Assembly: GCF_009914755.1 (NCBI RefSeq)
Contig: NC_060947.1
Direction: 5' to 3' (one strand)
Source: the human T2T-CHM13v2.0 reference genome, Homo sapiens
DNA length: 64,000 nt
Part shown: piece by piece, positions 45,875 to 64,000 of the stretch
Position numbering within the stretch: position 1 is the first letter of the stretch
Layout of the letters: every line of letters starts with the position of its first letter
Made by a program: the position numbers and the translations under genes
Notes under the pieces: generated by a model
What the model was told of the DNA's origin: nothing
Seen by the model: the letters and a program-made list of their open reading frames with translations, nothing else
The model's database searches: none

Positions 45875-46253
45875 TGTAAATAAGCCAAACAACAAAGTTG
45901 GTAAACCAAGTAAGGTATAATAGCCCCCAGGATTGGTCAGAGCCAGGAATTCAACCTATGTTGTTAACCACATTTGAGGATGGGTAGGAAGAAACCATTA
46001 AGAGAAGAAACTAGAAGAGTGTTCCCAATAAGATAAAGTGACTGAAATAAACAAGTGTACGTGTACAGTAATGGGATGAAGTGGGAGGGGTATCTTCTGC
46101 TACTTCAGTTCTACTTAACTCTTCAGCGTCCTTCAAGTTGAAAGAACACCAAAGATTACAGACCTCATTCCTTGGAGGCCCATTGTTTTATGATTTAGAT
46201 TGAATGACCAAAGTATGGTCTTCCATTCCATCCAAATCAGTTGGGAAGCTGCC

Positions 46254-46733
46254 TTTTTTATGTTATGGAGGTGAAATTCACATAACACACAATTAAGCAT
46301 TTTGAAGTGAACAATTCGGTGGTATTTAGTACATTTACAATGTGTAACCACCACCTCTACACAATCTTGAAACATCTGGCCCACCCCAGAAGGAATCTCA
46401 GTAGCATTGTTTATAACATTCTCCTTCCCTTAGCCTCTGTAAACCACCAATCTGCTTTTTATCTTTATGAGTTTGCTTATTCTGGACATTTCATATAAAT
46501 GGAATCACACACATGACCTTTTGTGTTTAGTCTTTTTCATTTAGTATACTGTTTTTGAAGTTTATTCATATTATAACATGTATCAGTCCTTTATTCCTTT
46601 TTATGGCTAAACAATATTGATTATATGTCGATACCAGAATTTCTTTATCCATTCACCCATTTATGAACATATGGACTGTATTCACCTTTTGGCTACTGTG
46701 ATTAGTGCTGCCATGAATATTCATGTACACGTA
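46254..46733 (-). mobile_element. L1MB-like 3' end
   Basis: gtgaaattcacataac...ttattctggacatttcatataaatggaatcac...ttggctactgtgattagtgctgc. Confidence 0.88.
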
Positions 46734-46739
46734 CTTGGA

Positions 46740-46856
46740 GGGCTTCTTAACCATGCAGGCTTTTCACTCCACCTTAACCCTTCTGAATCAGAATTTTGTG
46801 GATGGGGTCAGGTATCTACATTTTAAACAAGAACTCCAGGTGATTCTGATAATTTC
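46740..46856. mobile_element. MER5-like hAT fragment
   Basis: ctgaatcagaa...ggatgggg...attttaaacaag..ctccaggtgattctgat. Confidence 0.7.
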
Positions 46857-47009
46857 AGAATCATTTGGCTGAAGTTTGGGGTGGGAATCATAGTCTAGGT
46901 TGGGATTAAAAATAACCTACTGTGACTGTCCATGGGCTGGGATGAAAAGAATTATACAGATATGCTAAGATGCTTCTAAAATTAAAACTTGGCTTTTGAA
47001 ATACTGATT

Positions 47010-48260
<1,251 letters not shown>

Positions 48261-48484
48261 AAATAAAGACAAGGACCTTTTGGAATAAATTAGCTAGTCT
48301 CAATGTTCAACTCATCATTTTAAGTTTTTAAAAAGTCATGTGAAATTTTTTGCCTGTCATGTTAAATAGACTTTCTAAAACTGCAAAGTCTGTTCTCAAT
48401 TGAGTACATGTTCTATTAAATTCATTTTTACTTTATCAGAAACTGGTGGTCATAATAGAGGATTTCAAAAATTTCTTTCGTTCT

Positions 48485-48779
48485 TTTTTTTTTTTTTTTG
48501 AGACCATCTTACTCTGTCGCCCAGGCTGGAGTGCAGTGGTGTGATCTTATCTCACTGCAATCTCAGTCTCTCGAGCTCAGGTGGTCCTCCCACTTCAGCC
48601 TCTCGAGTAACTGAGACTACACATGCACACCACCACGCCTTTCTAGCTTTTAAATTTTTTTGTAGAGATGGGGTTTCACCGTGTTGCCCAGGCTGGTCTC
48701 AAACTCCTGGGCTCAAACGATTCGCCCACCTCGGCCTCCCAAAGTTCTGGATTACAGGTATAAGCCACTGTGCCTGGTC
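48485..48779 (-). mobile_element. AluJ
   Basis: Antisense dimer. Confidence 0.94.
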
Positions 48780-49520
48780 AAATTTATTTCAAATAGTATC
48801 ATCTTACTTATCTGTTTACAATTATGTTCAATAGTTTCTGAAATTTCTAAAATCTCCCTTCCTTCATTTTTTTTCTTCACTGTTGACAGAAGATTCTTTA
48901 TTTAACTCTGAATTTGATAGTTATTTTGTTCTAATAATGTTAAAGACATGATAATTTTCTGCATTTTTCTATCTAAATTTCTAACTGCTTTTATACTTTT
49001 AATTCCTTTCCACATGGATATTTCTCCTTTTCCTAAACATTGCACCACTTAGCTGTTTGTATGCCATATTTGTCTAAAAAATGTTTAGTATGTATTTAAA
49101 ATGTTTATTATTAATGAATACATTTAACGAGTAAAAACATAGCAAAGATTTGATTAATTTATATAATTTAAATTCGTTCATATAAGTTATATTAGTTAAC
49201 AAATATAACTTTTAAATTAATTAATATAAATTATAATATTTAAAATCAAATATGTGCACATACATTTAGCATCAAAAATAACAATTTGCACCAAACAGCA
49301 GAAAATTACTCACTAGGTTTCCAGACAAATTTGCTTAAGAAAAAAATAGTGCAAAATAATTTTGTATAAAAGAATGTATAATACTTTTAAGTGAATTAAG
49401 TATAAAAGATTCCTGGTAACTTGACTATTTTCCTGCTTTAGAAAATATGTTTTTGTAAAATTTTGATATTTGATCAAGTTTCATTTGTGAAAAGTAAAAT
49501 GTATTAAGAAACAGATGTGT

Positions 49521-50328
49521 ATTTTTTTATTTTATATTATATTATTTTATTTTATTTTATTATACTATAAGTTCTGGGATACATATGCAGAATGTGCAGT
49601 TTTGTTACATAGGTATACACCTGCCATGGTGGTTTGCTGCACCCATCAACCCATCATGTATATTAGGTATTTCTCCTAATGCTATCCCTCTTCTAGCCAT
49701 CCACCCCCCAACAGGCCCCAGTGTGTGATGTTCCCCTTCCTGTGTCCATGTGTTCTCATTGTTCAACTCCCACTTATGATTGAGAACATGCAAGCGTTTG
49801 GTTTTCTGTTCCTTTGTTAGTTTGCTGAGAATGATGGTTTCTAGCTTTATCCATGTCCCTGCAAAGGACATGAACTCATTCTTTTTTATGGCTTCATAGT
49901 ATTCCATGGTGTGTATGTGCTACATTTTCTTTATCCAGTCAATCATTGTTGGACATTTGGGTTGGTTCCCAGTCTTTGCTATTGTGAATAGTGCTGCAAT
50001 AAACAAACGTGTGCATGTGTCTTTATAGGAGAATGATTTATCATCCTTTGGGTTTATACCCAGCAATGGGATTGCTGAGTCAAATGGTATTTCTGGTTCT
50101 AGATCCTCGAGGAATTGCCACACTGTTTTCCACAATGGTTGAACTAATTTACACTCCCAACAGTGTAAAGTGTTCCTATTTCTCCACATCCTCTCCAGCA
50201 TCTGTTGTTTCCTGACTTTTTAATGATCACCATTCTAACTGGCGTGAGATGTTACCTCATCGTGGTTTTGATTTGCATTTCTCTAATAACCAGTGATGAT
50301 GAGCTTTTTTTCATGTTTATTGGCTGCA
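49521..50328 (-). mobile_element. 5'-truncated L1PA7/8-like 3' end
   Basis: T-rich tail; ORF2 C-terminus ([24 protein letters not shown]). Confidence 0.95.
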
Positions 50329-50789
50329 TCCAAACACATATTTGTAATAAAATAAAATTTTCCCTTTTATCCTACATTATTGTAGACTAAAGCTATAAAC
50401 AATAGGAAAAAATCGTCAGCTTCCATCATGATCATATCCACATAAGTTCTAGAACAGAAAAGGCTAAACTATGGTGTCATAAATTACAACTGGGGTTGTT
50501 TGGGGGAATTGGAGCAGATGCTGAATGGAAATACATATACATATATATGGGTAGTTTCTGGTTGATAGTATTATTCTATATTCTTATTTGTGTTTTGGTT
50601 GCCCAGATGCATAGATTTGTCAAAAGCTTGCAAATGATATTCTTAAGATTAGTAAATTCATTATATATAAATTGTACCTAACACAAAATAGGCAAGCATA
50701 TTCTAGTTTTGCAAAAGCAGTGTGAGATCCTAACAGCCTTTTCCTCCTGCTGATTATAACTATAAATTTTGGATAAAATATGAAAACTA

Positions 50790-51091
50790 GCTAAGCACCA
50801 TGGCACACACCTTTAATCCCAGCATTTTGGGAGGCCAAGGAGGGCAGATCGCTTGAGCCCAGACGTTTAAGACCAGCCTGGGCAACATGGCAAAACCCTG
50901 TCTCTACAAATACAAAAAAAAATTAGCTGGTCATGGTGTCACACACCTGTAGTCCAAGCTACTAGGGAAGTGAAGGTGAAAGTGTCACTTGAGCCCCAGA
51001 GGTCAAGGCTTCAGTGAGCAGAGGTCGTGCCACTGCACTCCAGCCTGGGCAACAAAGTGAGACCTTGTATAAAAAAAAAAAAAAAAAAAAA
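50790..51091 (+). mobile_element. AluJ
   Basis: Dimer; TSD aaaacta. Confidence 0.93.
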
Positions 51092-51978
51092 CTACTATCT
51101 GTGGATGGATAAAACAATCCAACCAAAACACAGGGATTGTCCAAATGGATTTTAAAAACATGTGATCCATCTACATGCTGTCTATAGAATATATACTTTA
51201 AACAAAATAAAGAAATTGAAAATAAAGGGATACAAAAGGATATATCATGCAAATAACAATCAAGGGGAAACTTGAATGGTTATACTAATATCAGACAAAA
51301 TAGACTTTAAAACAAAAAATGTTATTGAGATAAAGACATTTTATAATGGCAAAGGGTCAATCTATCTGGAAGATATAGTAAGTATAAATATATATGGTAA
51401 TTACATTAAACAAAAATATAATACAAAATACATTAAACAAAGCTGACAGAACTGAAGAGATAAACAATTCACCAGTAACATTTATAGAATTTAGTAACTC
51501 ACTTTCAATAATAAATGGAACAACTTAAAAGATCAACAAAGCAATCAACTTGCAGAACACTATAAACCAATTAGTGCTAACAAATATCTCTAGAACACAG
51601 AGTATGATCTCCAACGAAATTGCAATTAAAATAGAAATCAGTAATAAGTATAAATTTGAGAAACTCACTCATAAGTGGAAATTAAACAACACACTCAAGC
51701 ACCTAATGGACCAAGAAGAAATTAAAAGGGAAATGAGAAAATACTTTGAGATGGGATGCAGCTAAAGTAGTAATTTGAGAGAAATAGACCATATGAACAA
51801 ACCTATATCAAGGTAAAAGACTAAATCAGTAATTTAAAAAACTATACCCAAAACAAGGCTCCGCCAGGTGGCTTCACCAATCAATTATATAAAACATTCA
51901 AAGAACAATACCAATTTGTCACGGTTAATTTAATCTGTCAACTTGACTAGGCCACAGGATGCCCAGATAGCTGGTTCA

Positions 51979-52155
<177 letters not shown>

Positions 52156-52374
52156 TTAGTCTTCTCCTGCCCTTAGTGCTCTTGGTTCTAAGGCCTTCAG
52201 ACTCTGACTGGAATCTACAATATCAGTTTTCTGGCTCTCACACCCTTAAATGATGTCACTGGCTTTCCTGGGTCTCCAGCTTACAGATGGCAGATTGTGG
52301 GACTCCTTAGCCTCTATAATCATGTAAATGTAAACCAATATTTTATAATAATTACCTTGTAATAAATATAAGTC

Positions 52375-52585
52375 TCTCCATATATACGAATATATACTCA
52401 TATATATATATATATATATATATACACAAATATATACTCATATATATACACTATCATGTGGGTCTCTTTATATATGTGTGTATATATATCTATATACACA
52501 CACATGGATATATATACACACACTATATATATATAAATATATATTTATAATATAAATATATTTAATTTAATTTATTTATATTTAT
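52375..52585. repeat. (TA)n / (TATACA)n low-complexity tract
   Basis: Direct reading. Confidence 0.95.
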
Positions 52586-52589
52586 GTTT

Positions 52590-53237
52590 TGCTCAATGAC
52601 CAACCATGTATACAATGGTGGTCCCATAAGATTATAATATTGTATTTTTACTGTATCTTTTCTATGTTTAGTTACACAAATATTTATCATTGTGTTACAA
52701 TCGCCTAGAGCAAGAGTCTTCAATCCCAGGGCCATGGACTGGTACTGGTCTGTGGCCTATTAGGAGCCAGGCTGCACAGCAGGAGGTGAGCAGCAGGCAA
52801 GCGTTACCGCCTGAACTCCACCTCCTGTGTAATCAGTGGCAGCATTAGATTCTCATAGGAGTGTGAACTGTATTGTGAACTGTGTATGCGAGGGATCTAG
52901 GTCGTACACTCCATATGAGAATCTAATGCCTGATGATCTGAGGTGTAACAGTTTCATCCTGAAACCATCCTCCCTGTCTGTGGAAAAATTGTCGTTCACA
53001 AAACTGGTCCCTGGTGCCAAAAAGGTTGGGGACTGCTGGCCTACAGAATTCAGTACGGTAACATGCCATACAGATTTGTAACCTAGGAACAATAGCCTAT
53101 ACCATGTAGCTTAGGTGTGTAGTAGGCTATACCGTCTAGGTTTGTGTAAATACACTCTATGATGTTCACACAATGACAAAATTGCCTAATGATGCATTTC
53201 TCAGAATGTATCCCTGTCATTAAGTGACACGTGACTA
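52590..53237 (-). mobile_element. Tigger3a-like DNA transposon, split by MER1B
   Basis: ggtggtcccataagattataat ... gcatttctcagaatgtatccctgtcattaagtgacacgtgact. Confidence 0.85.
52711..53038 (+). mobile_element. MER1B (hAT-Charlie)
   Basis: ...ggtgccaaaaaggttggggactgctg end; 8-bp TSD gcctagag / gcctacag. Confidence 0.93.
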
Positions 53238-53520
53238 TACACACAGACCCACACGTACCCTATTGTTTCTATTTCTCCAGAGAACCCTGACTAATACACA
53301 ATTCTTCATAAATTCTTCAAAAATTAAAAAAGGAGGGAACACTTCCCGATTCATTTTATTTTATGGGGCCCACATTATCCTGATACTAAAACCAGAGAAA
53401 GATATGCAAAAACAAAAACAAAAACAATGCTGCAGACCAATATCTTATTAATATGGGTACAGAATTCCTTAACAAAGTACTAGCAAACTGGATCCAGCAA
53501 CACAGAAAAAGAATTATAGT

Positions 53521-53798
53521 AGCCAAGTTAAGTTTCTCACTTCTGTAATACCAGCTATTTGGGAGGCTGAGGTAGGAGGATTGCTTGAGGCCAGGAGTTC
53601 AAGACCAGCCTGTGAAATATAGCAAGACCCTGTCTCTAAAAAATATATATTAAAAATTAGCTGGGCATGGGGGTGCATACCTAACTCCAGCTACTGCCCC
53701 CATGACCCAAACACATTCCACCAGGTCCCACCTCTAACATTGTGGGGATCACATTTCAACATGATATTTGGAGGGGACAAACATCCAAACTATATCAA
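53521..53798. mobile_element. Truncated Alu (+, to ~53695) abutting an antisense MST LTR terminal fragment
   Basis: Alu stops at ccagctact; then gcccccatgacccaaac...caaacatccaaactatatca. Confidence 0.8.
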
Positions 53799-53839
53799 AG
53801 GCTATCTTAGAATTCTGTCTACCACAATAATAGACTCAG

Positions 53840-54703
53840 CTTGGCAGATCCAGAAGGTACAGATAAGTTGCATGAGCAAATGGGCAAACCCCTTAAACAC
53901 CAATTCCTGTTATAGCGCCCTGTCTCTCTCAATCCATGCCTACAGTGTCCTTGGGGCATTCCTTGTGGTTAGCTGACTGAGGCAGGAAAAACCTTAAGCT
54001 TAGTTTACAAATGGGCCTGCAAGATATGCTTATATCATCTTAAAATTGAGAGCTGAAGGATGCCCAGAAGTACATACCTACAGCGATTCTTAAGCATTTG
54101 CTAAGGGTTTAGCTGAATGATTAGAGATTTGAAAGGAATAGGATTGGAAGACAGGCGACAAAGAAGTCTGGGGAAAGGTATGGGATAGATCTTTTTGAAT
54201 TGGTACAAGCTATAAAGATATTTGTGTTCCATGTGAATGTCCATCAAAGGACATAATAATAGGTGAACAAAATGACACACTTTGTGAATGGCAGTCAGCT
54301 TCTTTCTCTAGTCACTTGAGTGTTTGCTCAATGGGCCCATGAATATAAGAGTCAATGGTGACAGGGATGGATGCTATGGATGGGCTCAACAATATAGGTG
54401 TCCTCTTATCAAGGCTGGCTTGCATAATACTACAGTTCAGTACCTAATCTACCAAGAGTAGAAACCAACATTGAGTCTCCGATATAGCATCATTTTCTAT
54501 GGTGACCAGCCAGCTACCTGGTAGCAGATGGATTCCATTAGATGTCTTTCATCATTGGTGGGGAAGAGTTTCATTCTCACAGGAATGGACACGTACTCTG
54601 TATATGAATTTGTCTTCCTTTCCTATAATGCTTCTTCCAGTAGCATCCATCTGGGGATTCATAGAATGTCTTGTCTACCATCGTGGCATTCTATAGAGAA
54701 TTA
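53840..54703 (+). mobile_element. ERVL-class internal pol (RNase H/integrase) remnant, part 1
   Basis: aaagatatttgtgttccatgtgaatgtcc, tgctcaatgggcccatgaa, ctcacaggaatggacacgtactctg; translation ...LVYHRGI. Confidence 0.8.
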
Positions 54704-55080
54704 TGGCCATGTGTCACTTCACAATGGGAATACATTCTGAGAAATGTATAACTAGGTGATTTTGTCAACGTGCAAATGTCACAGAATGTACTTACACAAA
54801 TAGATGGTATAGCCTCTTGCTCCTAGGTTACAAATCTGTACAGCATGTTACTGTACCGAATACTGTAGGCAATTGTAACACAATGGCAAGTATCTGTGTA
54901 TCTAAACATAGAAAAAGTACAGCAGAAATATGTTATAAAAAAATTTTTTAAAAGGGTACATCTAATAGGACTCTTACCATGAATGGAGCTTGCAGGACCG
55001 GAGGTTGCTTTGAGTCAGTGAGTGAGAGGTGAGTGAATGTTAGGGCCTAGGACATTACTGTATACTACCATAGAATTTAT
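54704..55080 (+). mobile_element. Tigger3b 5' part
   Basis: TA then catgtgtcacttcacaatgggaatacattctgagaaatg...gtgagtgaatgttagggcctaggacattactg. Confidence 0.88.
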
Positions 55081-55134
55081 TATTATTATTTTTTAAATAT
55101 CTGTAGGGGTAGCTACTCTGTGCTCTCTTATCTG

Positions 55135-59139
<4,005 letters not shown>

Positions 59140-59202
59140 AGACCATCGAGGCTAGGAAGAAACTGCATCAACTAACGAGCGAAATAACCAGCTAACATCA
59201 TA

Positions 59203-63030
<3,828 letters not shown>

Positions 63031-63287
63031 ACAATGAGAACACATGGACACAGGAAGGGGAACATCACACTCTGGGGCCTGTTGTGGGGTGGGGGGAGCG
63101 GGGAGGGATAGCATTGGGAGATATACCTAATGCTAGATGACGAGTTAGTGGGTGCAGTGCACCAGCATGGCACATGTATACATATGTAACAAACCTGCAC
63201 ATTGTGCACATGTACCCTAAAACTTAAAGTATAATAATAATAAATAAAAATAAAATGAAATAAAATAAAATGGCAAAAAAAAGAAAA

Positions 63288-63636
63288 ACCTGCCTGAGAC
63301 TGATTTACAGTTAACTTTAAAAAAAAAAGTAGAAGGAGTACACTCTAAAATAATAATTATAAGTATAGTATAGTAAAGATATAAACCAGTAACATCATCA
63401 TTTATTATCATCATCAAGTATTATGTACTGTTCATAATTGTATGTGCAAGACTTTTCTATGACTGGCAGCACAATAGGTTTGGTTACACCAGCATCATCA
63501 TAAACACATGAGTAATGCATTGCACTATAATGTTACTAGGTGATAGGAATTTTTCAGCTCCATTATAATCTTATGAGTCCACCTTCATATATGTGGTCCA
63601 TCATTTACCAAAATGTAGTTACACAGTGCGTGACTG
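63288..63636 (+). mobile_element. Tigger3b 3' part
   Basis: cctgcctgag..tttacagttaac...gtagaaggagtacactctaaaa ... gctccattataatcttatg...gtgcgtgactg then TA. Confidence 0.88.
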
Positions 63637-64000
63637 TATGCATCACCAAGGAACTCATCTCACAGCAAAGGAAGTGTGTAGCAAAGTCCTCATGCCATGG
63701 AAATAACTGCTCTTATGACACAATCCAGAAGCAGCTGGTCTAACTGAAAGGTGAAATTGGTTACTGAACACTCAGTTACAACACCAAATGGGAGAAAACA
63801 CCTTGCGAGGATGGGATTCAGTCTCACAGGATGTAGTTTTTGCTTTAAATCAGAGCAGAATTATCTGGTGCTGTTTCCCCCATAGCCAGATCACATAGTT
63901 CCAGAAATTAAGGTGTAGAAGTGGGAATAACTCCTGTCACTATTACAACTAATAACTAACTCACAGCATTTTTGCCTCCCATTCCAGCAACTTGGAGCTC
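63637..64000 (+). mobile_element. ERVL-class internal pol (integrase) remnant, part 2
   Basis: caccaaggaactcatctcacagcaaaggaagtg (QGTHLTAKEV), ccagaagcagctggtcta (PEAAGL); continues part 1 across the Tigger. Confidence 0.82.

Noticed and set aside
48900-49520. Very AT-rich tract as a NUMT or foreign DNA
   Set aside because: No mitochondrial gene, tRNA or ORF signal; low complexity only.

Overview
Repeat-dense hominoid (human/great-ape-like) genomic DNA. It carries about 25 Alus, several LINE-1s (one full-length L1PA7/8-like copy with a 15-bp TSD), MaLR/ERVL LTRs, Tigger/MER DNA transposons and MIR/L2 relics. I cannot identify a host protein-coding exon, RNA gene or CRISPR array; the ORFs I could assign are L1- or Alu-derived. 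Two places stand out. (1) At about 43.7-44.7 kb is a candidate bidirectional promoter (two CCAAT boxes, a ZNF143-like motif, a CDE/CHR cell-cycle element, an E-box). It has splice donors facing both ways and a chain of plausible non-coding exons. (2) At 54.7-63.6 kb is a compound L1 structure inside Tigger3b, itself inside ERVL pol. It looks like a 5'-inverted L1PA4/5 with a short 3' transduction, fused to a younger L1PA2/3 with loss of the Tigger middle. The result is a ~3-kb-arm inverted repeat whose arms share non-consensus substitutions, which suggests arm-to-arm gene conversion. Repeat family and subfamily calls come from remembered consensus features and need Dfam/RepeatMasker confirmation.
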